A DNA stretch of 64,000 nucleotides from Ophelia neglecta (lineage: Eukaryota): positions 51,584,001-51,648,000 of the forward strand of contig OZ260664.1 of the NCBI GenBank assembly GCA_965285935.1. The letters are read 5' to 3'. Positions 15,096-28,498 of this stretch are shown here, piece by piece. Position numbers and translations under genes: made by a program. The notes under the pieces are model-generated. The model was not told where the DNA came from, did not search any database, and saw only the letters and a list, made by a program, of their open reading frames with translations. Numbering within the stretch: the stretch's first letter is position 1; every line of letters begins with the position of its first letter.

Positions 15096-16126
15096 TAACT
15101 ACCAATATAAGAAGGGTAAAAATTGGACTTCAATAAACACAGTTTTTTTCTATTTTTGTGAAAATTTTACAGTGCAAAATCTTGTTGGTTTACAGCTGTC
15201 ATACCTCACAGAGCTCTTCCTGACAATTGTACTCCTTTAGCTCACCTGTCTACAATATATCAAACTCATTATATCAGATAACTCCCTCCCTCTTCAATAA
15301 TACATCTCAACCTCAGAGCTGAATAAGGACTTGCCTACTAATGATGCTACAGCTAGGTTGTTAATGTGGTACCTAAATAATAGTGACGACCAGGGGTGTG
15401 GTAACTATCAATCCAGCAAGGGCATGAAATGAACAGCATACAATATGTAAAAAGAAGGAGCTAAATGTTATGTGTCTTAAATATTGAGTTTGGTGGGTTG
15501 AATGATGTTAATCTGGCATGAAATCTACAACCTGAAGTGATACAATATGAATTGAATTCTCTTTACTAATGTACAGACTTGGCTTTTTCACCTTTTGACA
15601 CCGTAGAAGTAGTTCCAGGCCCTGGTATTTTTAGTTGTGGGAAGGACTTGGCACCCAGAGCATGCACCCTGAGATCAATTTGGTAAGGCTACATGCAGGG
15701 ATCAGCCCCTGTAATCTGCTAGAGACCAGGAAGAGGCCTGCTACGAGTGCCCTGCCTGCTTCCTGAATATGACATTCTGTTGTCCAAGCCTTAATCCACT
15801 GGTATAATCAAAGCCAGGGGTAAGGAACTGTGATGTGGAAGTACAAGCCAATATTGTGACAGGCTCCAGAAGTCTGTAGCTAAATGGGCCTGGCTTTAGA
15901 TGTGATCCCATAGGACTGGCAGCCCTTCAATCACACCATTCTCCTCATCTCCTTATGTCTGCTGCCATTGTTCACCAGCTCAATGACCACATATCTTCAT
16001 TGCAGGTCCTGTCAAGCTATGAAGATTTTTTTCTGCGCTCTTGTGCCTGCCTTGTCTAGGAGCTTCTAAAGCCCTGGGGAAGGGTATCTACATTGGGCCA
16101 ATAATCTGTTTGAAGCAGCATGTGAA

Positions 16127-16389
16127 ATGAGCTCGCATTGGGGCAGTTCAAACAATATATTCCTAACTGCTGCACTCTGCTGCTCAGTTCAAAGGCCAAT
16201 GATTGCTCCTGAAGCGACTGGGCTCAGTTGCTTGCTACCAATTCCCCAGGTTCCTCTCTTTTTGAAAACCTCTATAACATCCCCTAAGTGTCTTTCTCAA
16301 CACTCACGCTTGCTGCGATCATGCCAAAAGTCAGGAAGCACACTTAATCACTGTCTGAGAGCCTGTGATCTGGAGTTATTTAAAAACAG
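16127..16389 (+). CDS. Weak candidate alternative first exon (MSSHWGSS...ELFKN+AG), phase 2
   Basis: 87 codons from ATG to CAG|GTTAGA in phase 2; the unspliced frame stops a few codons later. Local CpGs are retained, but the donor is only moderate. Confidence 0.25.
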
Positions 16390-18776
16390 GTTAGATAGTT
16401 AGATGGCTGCAGACAATGACACTGTTGGCACTATATTTGAAGTTATCACCAGAGTGTCTGTACAGTTAATGGTAGGGAATCACTACCCACAAATGTTCTC
16501 TTCACTCTCACAGTGAAACAGCATGGACTTGTGTGAATGCCAAGCAATTTTAGGAACAAACAGTGATGAGATTGATGTAAACGAGGAGCAGTGTTACCAT
16601 TCCTATATCACTGTGATATAAAGTGATGTATGGGGACTTAGGGAGACCAAATGGATAGGGGAGGATTCAAGTTGCCATGCACACTTGTTGAAATACTGTC
16701 AGATACGGCAGTAGCTGTCATTTTTGATTAAATACAGATCACAGCAGTAGGTAAATTGTGAATGGAATCTATGTAAATGAACAACATTTTTTTTGTGTTT
16801 ATCCATACTTACAGTCAAGTATAGTGGGTGTGTTGGAATTATAAACAAATTGATTTTATGTCATGGACCTCCAAACATTACTGGGAAACTAAGTATCTTG
16901 ACCATCACAAAGGAACCTGTAAGAGAATTGTTTTGCTCTCAACAACTAAAAAAGCCAGTCTAACAACAAAAGAGGTGATGTACTATGTACAGAGATAAAT
17001 TATGTGCTAATGAGCAGGGACAATATTTGGCATGATTAGCATTGTGATAAAAGGGTGATGCAAAATCCAATTTTACAACTTAGTTATCTGCATAGAATTG
17101 AGTAACAATTGTAAGTCAATGTCACACTAACCAAAGCATCAGTGACATTATATACATCGTTTTTAGATGCCTGGGCACATCCAATACTGGCTTATTACAT
17201 GCCTGATTATAAATCTAGCTTCCTTGTGTGGACAATTAGCTGAGGCAATGTGGCTGTTTCAAGAGGAAAGGCTATTGAGTATCCTTGTTGCTTGATAATG
17301 GTCATCTAATGGGCAGCATCAGAAGGAGTGCAATCAATCTTGAGGGAGTAATTGGTCTTGAATCTAGCCAGGGATGGAGCTACTTATTGTTTAACCTAGT
17401 TGGATATTTCTAGGACATTTATTTACATAGGAGATGTCATGGCATTGCATTCTGGAGCTGTATTCTGATTGGACCAATCTTTAAGGACATGGACCAAGTA
17501 CAGCAAAGTATTTATGGGCACTGTTAAAACAGTATGCTAAAAGTGAGAAGGAACACAGACTCCTAGCAATTCATGAGAGCATTAAGGATCAGAAGGAACT
17601 GATAGGACGTGTCTCTTAGTGATTCGTGTTTATGAGGTGAGGAAAGCAAGAATTGAAAGTCAATGTTACTATGATTCACATGATAATGCTTTCAAATATA
17701 TGGAATTGCAGTGTATTATACATTCAGCACTTTCAAAATTGCAATATGCACCAACAGATAGAATATCTTAGGTATGCATGTTAGCAGCTTGATAAATTTC
17801 ATATACAATGAAAGATGCTGAGGGGTATGAGTTTGCTAGCCGTGCTCCTGCACAGTGCGTGACATCTTGGTATGCTCACAAACTGTTTATTTGATAAAAA
17901 AAAAATTGTATTTTCAACTTCAGACATCCTTGAGTCTCACAGCAAGGAGCCAAAAATTGTTAGCGCATTTCTGTGAAGAAACTGTTGACCCTTGGTGACA
18001 CCAATTCCTGCCTGGTGAGCCCTCGCAGTTGCAGTGGTGCATCATTCATTTTTGCACAAATTAGTAGGAAGTGGTGTAATAAGTTGGCCCAATGAGATGG
18101 TGGTGGAGAGTGAGAAGGCTAGGATTGCAGCGATCAGTCTCCCACTCTCTTGCCACAGTATCAATACTCAGAGAAACACTGTAAGATTGTATCTGATGCT
18201 GGGGCAAGGAGGCTTTGCATTTGTGATTTTCTTTTTGTAAAGATGAACTAGTTTTTTATCATTAGTCAGGAACTGTCTGGAAGAAAGGCAGAAGTCAGGA
18301 ATATTTCTGGTTTCGGAGTCTATGAAGACATCCGGCAGGTCGTATCAACATGTCTGAGCAACCAAACAGAGCAGGGCTACATGCACACCCGACCCACAAT
18401 TTCTAATACCATTCCTAGATGACATAAAATCCAAACTGCTCTTGTCCAGACCCTGTGACATGCCTTCACCCGGTGACAAGATACATGGATTATTTATAGG
18501 GATTCAGAGGATCTCCGTTTCCATAAGATGTGATTGCGTTTATTGAATCAGATAAAATCGGAGTTGTCTCCTCTCTGCAGGAGCCATTCCCTTGCCATCA
18601 CCATTTGAGATAGGAGCTACTTTGTCACTGTACATGTACACCAAAGTGAAGCAATGTCTGATAAGGCACTTAATTTCTTTACTGCTATCTGAAGACTTTT
18701 GTGCTATGATTGCAGACTTAATGTTTCATATTTCTATGGAGAATACTCAAGCTAGCTTATAGGAGTTTCTTGGACA

Positions 18777-18856
18777 ATGCTGTGCCGATGCTGGTCAGAC
18801 AAGCAGGCGAGAGCCCAAGCTCTGGATGCAGGGGCTCGGTCCTTGCAATCTTCATG
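18777..18856 (+). CDS. Candidate alternative first coding exon MLCRCWSDKQARAQALDAGARSLQSS(+TG), phase 2
   Basis: ATG in acaATG context with an in-frame TAG upstream. 26 codons + 2 nt, ending at consensus donor ATG|GTAAGT. Region is GC/CpG-richer than background. N-terminal Cys pair. Confidence 0.6.
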
Positions 18857-21633
18857 GTAAGTCAGCTAAACAACCTACAAACATTCTCAAAACTATTAAT
18901 TAATGTACATGCCCAAAGCAACAATCAAAACTGATGGAGCTGAAAATTGTTTAGCTGATGAATAGCTCCTATCTCTGCCTAGCAGAGCTAACTAAAAGAA
19001 TTAATCAAAACACAAACAAATCTTCTTATGCTGGGAATTCCAATTTAACCTAAAGAATGATGGTGGCCCATTTGGCAAGTCACTATAAAAGTTATCATGT
19101 GACTATTTGTTGTGGATTATCCTATATAAGTGAATAAACTTGCTACTTTAAAGCAGCAAATGTTGGCATACAGGATTAATGTTACAGAGATTAATTAAGG
19201 CATATAAGACAGGAAAATTTCCTGTGCTAAAATTAAAATCCTATTACCTAGGTCCTGCTCAACATTGCTTTGATGGACAAAATTTGCTGCCTGTAAAATA
19301 TCAGCTGGCTCTCAGGCCATCAAAGTATTGAGGGTGTTTTGTCTGTTATAAATTCACCCTTTCCTATATGCATGCATACTGCTGGAAGCATTGTGAAACA
19401 GCTTTAGATACAGAACTCTAGGTTGTTATGGGTCTTTTGATATTGTAAAAGTGAAAAATTTGTAGAGCCATTCAGTCGCTTAATATCTGCTGTATGTTAT
19501 TTTCCTTGGTACTTAATTTAATTTTTGGTTTTTTTTACAACATTTTATTTCAGTTTCAACTGACAGTGGTTCCAATATATTTCCAAGTAGCAGGGGAATT
19601 GATAAAAGTAGGGAGAGATGTTCACAGTCCAGTGTATATAAGAGCCATGTTATGTGAGAGTTATGTAGTGAAAAGTAACCGTAGATTATTGTGAAGTAGG
19701 TGGTGAAATTCTCTGGCTCCTGACTACTATTGATACCACTAACTTACTATAATAAGTAAGGAAAGATACTGCATAAATCAGTTAAGTGTCAATCTTAATG
19801 TAGTGTGGTTTCTTCATACCACAATGAAATTTACTTTAATTAGTTCAATTCACTATATGATATACTTATACCCACTAACTATGGGGTAAAGTTGATCTCA
19901 CACAGAATGTAGACACCAGCCTTGATACTGTTAACATTTAGTTTGTGCTTCTGATTGTTGAAACAGTCATGCAGAGGCTTGTCTGTTAGAGGTAAAGAAT
20001 TTTTCTTGAATTTTTATTAATTCATGAGATCAAGGGAGCCAGTGTGATTGCAATTCCATGAAATTGTGAAATAAAACAGGACACAATTTACAAATTGTTC
20101 CATTCATGCACATTCGAGAAAAGGAAGTAATATTTCAAGAGAATGCTTTGATCTTCCCTTCATTTGGCAATCTCTGGCCGTTATCTCTTTTGTAAAATGA
20201 TCACCTTCTTTAGTTTCCTATGGGAAGTCTGGGAGAGTTATGGCACACTTTTCAAGTTGGATCAAACCTTTGCCGATTGGTTTTTGATTCCTTGAGGGAT
20301 GACCTTTACCTCTAGGGCGTAGCCGGATGCATTGTTTGACAGATGTGACCAGCATTGCCTAATCCAATCAGATGATAGCTCTGTTTACCAGTCTTCAGCC
20401 ACCATGCATCGATCACACTTTTTGATTGATGTCTTTCTCTTGAGTGCTGTCAGTCCCTTAAAGAAAGGGCCGACTGAACTCAACATGACTTACCCCCGCT
20501 GCCCCTGATGAAAACGAAATCATTTGGGATTAATATTTAGCTAGTAGAGCTTAAATTGAATTTAGGTTTTTTTTTTGGCAAATCACCAGCACCATATTCA
20601 ACTTTCTTTTTCGTAAATTCATATGGATCAATTCTTATTACCATTGGGAGGCATCTCATAAAATATTGATGTATATTGCAGGAAGTTAGGGTACCCATAA
20701 TATTAAATAACTCTTGCTAAACATGTCATTCCTGTGCAATACCAGGAAAAGCATATCCGTGGCTAATAGGAATATTGCATTGCATGATTGCAAATGAGGT
20801 GGTAAACAGTTGATATATACGTTTTGTGTAATTACTCCAAACATAAAAATGCAGCAAATTACTTTTCCTATATTGTAAATGAGGCTATAAAACAGTATTT
20901 ATTTAGGCTTGCACTAGCTGCTTTTCATTAACATGTCAACTTCTTTATTACAGAGAATCAGGTTTCTTCCTCTCAAGCAAATAAAAATGTCAGTGTATAA
21001 AAACTCTGGTCTACATATATCATTAATTTAATTGTTGTAGAACTAAACACATCAGATAACATGAGTATGTCCATTGCACAGCTATACAACAGATATCACT
21101 GTACTGCTTTTTAAGTTGCAAAATGTTTCATTGGGCCAGACATTGCATTAGTAGAGCAACATCTTATTCTCAATTAGAAGTATATACCTAGCCATTCATT
21201 GCCTTTGAATTGCAACACAGTATTGGCAAACCAGGGCCTGATTTCTGAAAAATGAAAATCAGGGTTTCTGTCTTTTAGGTAATATGATTCTTGGCAATCA
21301 GATTAGTGTACTTCTGAAGAAGAAACTTGACACACGTTTCCTAACTGTTTTTCCTCTGCTTTGTTCTCAAGGTTCTTAAGGACAACGATCTTAAATCCTT
21401 TCTTCACCTAGGAGGACAAATCCGTACCATGTAGACTTAACAACCAACATATAGAATGTCAAAGATGTGGCACTTTGGTAGCCTGCGTGCGTGCTCCCTG
21501 GCAATTGGAGAAGGCTCAGGTGTGATAATGTGCACATCATGTAAGTGGCTTAGGTTCTGCCTGGAACATGATACTGATTAATGTTTTCCTGACTAAAGAA
21601 TGGTACAAATGACTTATAAACTGGTAGCTTATA

Positions 21634-21800
21634 CAGTGAAACCTGGGAATAAGACCACCCAATGGACTGGACAATTCTGGCCTGATTATTGAGGTGGTCT
21701 GTTTACACAGGTTATTTTACATTGATAGTGTACATCATGATCTTAATATTAGTAGTCTGAATTGACAGGTGGTCTGAATATAGAGGTGGTCTTTAAGGCA
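21634..21800. mobile_element. MITE copy (same family as 3398-3575), right TIR truncated
   Basis: TA-CAGTGAAACCTGGGAATAAGACCACC...AGAGGTGGTCTTTAAGGCA; colinear with the 3398 copy. Confidence 0.85.
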
Positions 21801-23024
21801 ACAGGGTAGAATTGGGTGTCTCTGTAGAATGTGAATGAGTAATGGTGGTCTATTGGAAATAATACATTTATAGTGGTTGATTAATAATCATGATGATAAA
21901 TAAACAGGTGTTTATCTACAGCCTATTCATCTCCACAGCTAACTTCTACCAACAATGAATTGAACAGTGCAATATACATGCACACATCCATTCAATGTTC
22001 ACTGGCAAGATCGCATATTAAGTGGTCTTCTGCTTCTAAAGGATTGTATCTTCATGAGAATTTTTTAAAGAATTGGGTACTGTAAATTGTAAAATGAACT
22101 CACACAAGAAATTGGTGTGAAATAATGGCTGCAAAATCATCATGTGGCCAGAATTGTAATCTGATAGTCAACTGTTTCTGGTTTACATATTTTGATAGGG
22201 TATATACTCAAGCTGGAGATAGTCCTATTGTCCCAGTTTTCTGGCTGATAGACCACACAAACCATGACCATTGTCTATCACTTGATTGCTTTGATCTATT
22301 GGAATGTAATCCAGTTTTTGGCTTCTGAACTGGATTGAGATATTGGTGGTATCCCCATGGTAGGAGGTCAATAAGTCAATTGACAATACCTTCATAGTGT
22401 AATCCACCTGCCTTCAATACTGTTGACTGCAATGTGAGAAGGTTATCCTGAAGTTCATTATTTTGAAAAAATGAAAAGTGAGTCTTTTATAAGATCAAGT
22501 ATGGTACTGTACAGACAACACTTTTGTATTCAATAGGAACAAGCAATCAACATCTGGGACTTAGTTGGGAGGTTCCCCATGAAAGGACAATATTTTCAAA
22601 GAAATTATGGAATATAATGCATTTCTGTCCCACATTTAGGGCATTGACTAAATGGATATGAATTACAACAATGATTAATCCGAAGTCATACAGGTTAGGA
22701 TTTATTCAAGGAATTTTAAGTGACAAAGAGAAACCTGTTAAAGTCAGCCTAACAACCAGTATATACTATGGTATACTTATTGTGTGAACAATACACAAGT
22801 TAATCTGTCCTGGAATCTAGCTTTCTATTGTGAGGAGTAGAGAGAAGGTCAGTGATGTATTCAATGTGCACGTAGACTGATAGTCAACCACTATTAGTAT
22901 CTTATTGGATTTAAAGCTGTGCTAATGGGAGTAACAAGGATAGAGTAGTCTTCATTCTTGTGGGAGGTAATAGCCAGTTTATGAATGGTGTCTATGGTAA
23001 TAGAATACTCTGACTGATGTGACT

Positions 23025-23122
23025 ATGGGATCTGCCCATGGCCTGTTGAAGACCAACCAAACAGGAGGCAGTGCTGGGGAGGATGAGGATCTTGTAGGCA
23101 GCTACAGGGCATGGAAGGAAGG
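23025..23122 (+). CDS. Candidate alternative first coding exon MGSAHGLLKTNQTGGSAGEDEDLVGSYRAWKE(+GG), phase 2
   Basis: actATGG start, 32 codons + 2 nt, donor AGG|GTAAGG. GC-richer than flanks, protein-like composition, Gly at position 2. Confidence 0.6.
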
Positions 23123-24377
23123 GTAAGGCTTCTACACAATTAGCCATGTGATATATTTTACACATGAGTGACTGCTAGTTTGCTGTTGTTTTGATTATAG
23201 AAATATGTTATATGTATGATAAATATATGTATCAAGATCATGATTTATTATTTTAGGAATTTTGGTGGTTCTGCAGATATGAATCAGTCTATTCTCATGC
23301 ATACATTTATGAATCACATGCATATAGATTTGAATTCTTGAGACTGGCAATGTTTTGTGTTTGTTTCCTGAAAAGATTTATTTCCTAATATTAGTGTAAG
23401 CCAAATGATACAAGCTGTGACTGTAAACAGGTCTTTTATAAGCATTATGTTGCTTGTCTCATTTCCTGTATCCAGCATGAATCGAGCCTGCTGTTAGACT
23501 TGTGGAGCCAACATACTTACAGATTCATCCCATACTATTACCTTAAATGTCACCGGATCAAAAGCTAGGATATTCCACACAAGTAACGACTCAGATACAC
23601 ATCTTGGATGCCAGTGTCCCAATAGAGTACATTGCTTCTCATTCAAGAAAATCCGTCATGGGCGCAAACAAGTTGAATGGGTTCTTCTTCCATGTGCTCG
23701 GTTTAGGACCAATCATAGGCGTTGTGCTGTAAATTGAATTGGTCAAATAAATTTAGTAGATGAGGGCAGACAGAAGATTTGGTATTGAAAGGCTTCCATT
23801 TCATAGCTGAAAGGGAATTGGGCATCCCATTATTGTCTCTTCAAGTCACCTTGTCTCCTGAGAATGTTGATGAACTCCTTGTTCCGTATCAGACAGAAAC
23901 TCTTGTGTGATAATCACATTGGATACAAGTACCTTCTGGAATATCACCTAATCTTATTCTCTGGTCATTGGTATTTTCAAGCTGCCAAGTTTATAGGAAA
24001 AGTCTTATTTGTACAGTAAATGGCCATGTGTATAGGTTACCACCATGGCTCTAAGAGGCCAAAGAGACTTTGTTACTTTGTTACCCAGTATACAATTTTG
24101 TTCCCTCAAAACACTACAGCCTTATATTGGGATCCCTTATGATGCTTTTTCAGTGCACTGATAGTGTGGCATGTTCCAAATTAACAAACCATTTTGTTCT
24201 CTTTTTTTCTTTATTGTTCCCTCCAATATTTTTTCTTTCAAAACAAATTCTTTCCCACAAAATATCCATTATATTCTATCAAATAACTATTTTGTCCAGT
24301 CAAAATACGTTAGGGGAGTCACAATACAATAAGTACACAATGTGTAACATATATAATATTATGCATTACATATGCAT

Positions 24378-24570
24378 GATGGGGTATGAGTTTTCCCCCC
24401 CCTCCTACATACATGTAACAGTTATAGGGTATTGGTTTTCCCCTCGGTTACATACTTTTAACAGTTATGGAGTATGGGTTTTCCCCCTCTCTGACATACA
24501 TGTAACAGTTATGGGGTATGGCTTTTCCCCTCTTCTATGTGCATGTAACAGTTATGATTTTCCCCTTTCA
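24378..24570. repeat. Short degenerate tandem repeat (~43-45 bp, 4-5 copies)
   Basis: Recurrent ATGGGGTATGG..TTTTCCCC....ACATACATGTAACAGTT. Confidence 0.8.
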
Positions 24571-24889
24571 AGCCTTTGTATATATTTTTCTTTAATTGAA
24601 GAGATCCCTTATCACACTAAAATTTCCCAACAAAGAAATGTTCAAAAAAATGTTAATCAATGAAATTTTGATATAAATCATATGACTTGTTAATTCTGAT
24701 CATAGCTTACAATATTTTCTTTCAGCTAAATTACCCACATTTATGCATCAGAATATAGGTCCTGTAACTCTTTATTCAGCAAAATTCTAATTCAGCTAAA
24801 ATATTAATACTGATAATACACAGTTCAATTGTCTTGCCCATTTATTTGTTATAACAAACCAACTTTACACAAGTGAGACCCATTAGTAA

Positions 24890-27490
24890 ACAAGGAAGGC
24901 ACAGGATGATGAGGATATATGACAGAGGGAGAACAGGGATGAATAGGATATGTGACAGAGGCAGAATGAGGATGAACAGGGCATATGACAGAGGCAGAAA
25001 GTGGTAGATGAAAATATGTGACAGAGGTAGAAAGAGGATGAAAAGGATATGTGACAGAGGCAGAATAAGGATGAAAAGGATACCCGGTATGTGGCAGAAG
25101 CAGAATGGGGACGAAGAGTGTATGTGAAAGAGGCAGAAAGTGGATGATGAAAATATGAGGTAGATGCAGAGAGAGGATAAAAGGGATATGTGACAGAGGC
25201 GGAATGATGATGAAGAGAGTATGTGACAGAGGCAGAAAGTGGATGATGAAAATATGAGGTAGATGAAGAAATAGGATGAAAAAAGGATATGTGACAGAGG
25301 CAGAATGACGATGAAGAGAGTATGTGACAGAGGCAGAAAGTGGATAAAGAGCATATGTATAAAGGCAGAGGGTGATAAGTATAAATGACAGAGCGGAAAG
25401 AGGATAAAGAGGATGTGGACAGAGGCAGACAGAGATGAAGAGGCTGTGGGACATGGGCAGACGGAAGAGGATGTAGGACAGAGGCAGACAGAGATGAAGT
25501 GGATGTGGGACAGAGGCAGACAGAGATGAAGAGGATGTGGGACAGAGACAGACAGAGATGAAGTGGATGTGGAACAGAGGCAGACATAGATGAAGAGGAT
25601 GTGGGACAGAGGCAGGCAGAGATGAAGAGGATGTGGTACAGAGGCAGACAGAGATGAAGAGGATGTGGGACAGAGGCAGACAGAGATGTAGAGGATGTGG
25701 GACAGAGGCAGACAGAGATGAAGAGGATGTGGGACAGAGGCAGACAGAGATGAAGAGGATGTGGGACAGAGGCAGACAGAGATGAAGAGGATGTGGTACA
25801 GAGGCAGACAGAGATGAAGAGGATGTGGGACAGAGGCAGACAGAGATGTAGAGGATGTGGGAAAGAGGCAGGCAGAGATGAAGAGGATGTGGGACAGAGA
25901 CAGACAGAGATGAAGTGGATGTGGAACAGAGGCAGACAGAGACGAAGAGGATGTGGGACAGAGGCAGGCAGAGATGAAAAGGATGTGGGACAGAGGCAGA
26001 CAGAGATGAAAAGGATGTGGGACAGAGGCAGACAGAGATGAAGAGGATGTGGGACAGAGCAAGACAGAGATGAAGAGGATGTGGGACAGAGGCAGACAGA
26101 GATGAAGAGGATGTGGGACAGAGGCAGACAGAGATGAAGAGGATGTGGGACAGAGGCAGACAGAGATGTAGAGGATGTGGGACAGAGGCAGACAGAGATG
26201 AAGAGGATGTGGGACAGAGGCAGACAGAGATGAAGAGGATGTGGGACAGAGCAAGACAGAGATGAAGAGGATGTGGGACAGAGGCAGACAGAGATGAAGA
26301 GGATGTGGGACAGAGGCAGACAGAGATGAAGAGGATGTGGGACAGAGGCAGACAGAGATGAAGAGGATGTGGGACAGAGGCAGACAGAGATGTAGAGGAT
26401 GTGGGACAGAGGCAGGCAGAGATGAAGAGGATGTGGGACAGAGGCAGACAGAGATGAAGAGGATGTGGTACAGAGGCATACAGAGATAAACAGGATGTGG
26501 GACAGAGCAAGACAGAGATGAAGAGGATATGAGAGTGAGGTAGACAGAGATGAAGAGGATGTGGGACAGAGGCAGACAGAGATGAAGAGGATGTGGGACA
26601 GAGGCAGACAGAGATGAAGAGGATGTGGGACAGAGGCAGGCAGAGATGTAGAGGATGTGGGACAGAGGCTGACAGAGATGAAGAGGATGTGGGACAGAGG
26701 CAGACAGAGATGAAGAGGATGTGGGACAGAGGCAGACAGAGATGAAGAGGATGTGGGACAGAGGCAGACAGAGATGAAGAGGATGTGGGACAGAGGCAGA
26801 CAGAGATGAAGAGGATGTGGGACAGAGGCAGACAGAGATGAAGAGGATGTGGGACAGAGGCAGGCAGAGATGTAGAGGATGTGGGACAGAGGCAGGCAGA
26901 GATGAAGAGGATGTGGGACAGAGGCAGACAGAGATGAAGAGGATGTGGGACAGAGCAAGACAGAGATGAAGAGGATGTGGGACAGAGGCAGACAGAGATG
27001 AAGAGGATGTGGGACAGAGGCAGACAGAGATGAAGAGGATGTGGGACAGAGGCAGACAGAGATGAAGAGGATGTGGGACAGAGGCAGACAGAGATGAAGA
27101 GGATATGAGAGTGAGGTAGACAGAGATGAAGAGGATGTGGGACAGAGGCAGACAGAGATAAAGAGGATGTGGGACAGAGGCAGATAGAGATGAAGAGGAT
27201 GTGGGACAGAGGCAGACAGAGATGAAGAGGATGTGGGACAGAGGCAGACAGAGATGATGAGGATGTGGGACAGAGGCAGACAGAGATGAAGAGGATGTGG
27301 GACAGAGGCAGGCAGAGATGTAGAGGATGTGGGACAGAAGCAGATAGAGATGAAGAGGATGTGGGACAGAGGCAGACAGAGATGAAGAGGATATGTGAGT
27401 GAGGTAGACAGAGATGAAGAGGATATGTGAGTGAGGCATACTGAGAATTAAAAAGGGTGAGGGACAGAGTCAGAAAGAGTATGAAGAGGA
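24890..27490. repeat. Purine-rich 32-bp satellite (~2.6 kb)
   Basis: Unit GACAGAGGCAGACAGAGATGAAGAGGATGTGG, highly homogeneous over ~25500-27400 with degenerate ~31-bp units on the left. Accounts for the three overlapping minus-strand ORFs with a 32-aa period. Confidence 0.97.
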
Positions 27491-28344
27491 TTTGACCAGA
27501 GGTAGAAAGCCAAGAGAAACACAAAAGTTAATTGGTATTACATGTAAACAAAGGTGGTGATAAACAAATCTGATCAAATATTAATATAAATGTGGATCAG
27601 TTGACCTTTGTATAAACCTGGTGTATAGTTCTGTGTCAATGTAGCACAGTACTCCCATTTGATTGAAAACATTTGTGGCTGTTACTTCAGCAAAATGTTG
27701 CAGCATCCAAGAGCAGGTGATTTGGAGGCAGCAAATCAATGTTTGTGAAATCCCTGCTTTCCTCCTCGTTGGATCTTCCTTTCCATACAAGCTTTGATGG
27801 TCAATATTTGCCTGACAGCTAAATGCCAGTCTTGACCAAACTCTCCGGCTATATTAGGTGACAACCTGTTCCTTGGATGGCATATCAAGTGGCTAGAGGT
27901 GGTCACTGGTGGTAAATTATGATTAATTATTTTGTCAGTTATCAAGCCTAAGCCGGCTGTTACATTCAGACAGCTACTGGAGAGCTTGTCAGCCTAACCT
28001 CAAACTAGATCCATACCTTGGCCTAACAACTTTTCAATATGACAAGATTTATCTTGATTCATTATTTCCATCCAGGCATGAGTAATTATTTTTCTATTTT
28101 ATTATGATGACTTGGCATTTGGCATAGAATTAGAAATATTTGAAATTACAACAGTTAGGAAGTTTAATAACATATTAAAAAAATATCACAAGTATTGCAT
28201 GAAATTTGAAACCGGTATATTGGACATAAAAGTATGCTGTTTATTTCTGGCACACAGATTACATTGTTAAACTATCAGACGGGGCAGTGTGTATTGACAG
28301 CAATGTAATGGCAATGCAAGGTAGAACCAGAGAGTAGAGTGCAT

Positions 28345-28498
28345 CAAGAGGACTTGAAAATGCAGGTCTGATTATGAAGGTGGTCTGTTTTGATAGGTAA
28401 GAATATACTGAAAGTGAAAAGTATGGTTTTCATATCAGTGTACTTGATTGACAGGTGATTTAAACACAGAAATAGTTTGTCAGGCAGGGTTCCATGTA
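28345..28498. mobile_element. Degenerate MITE copy (same family as 3398-3575)
   Basis: GGTCTGATTATGAAGGTGGTCTGTTT...ATTGACAGGTG...GGCAGGGTTCCATGTA matches the internal part and right end of the family. Confidence 0.6.

Noticed and set aside
14300-15105. Minus-strand ORFs with LHQPLDY / FTNHWT repeats
   Set aside because: Minisatellite translation with drifting frame.
24070-24663. 197-aa ORF
   Set aside because: TTG start, low-complexity T-rich sequence plus a tandem repeat, and no supporting splice sites.
24842-27524. Three minus-strand ORFs of 691-891 aa
   Set aside because: They are translations of a 32-bp satellite. All three frames give the same 32-aa cycle, with no domain or codon-position structure.
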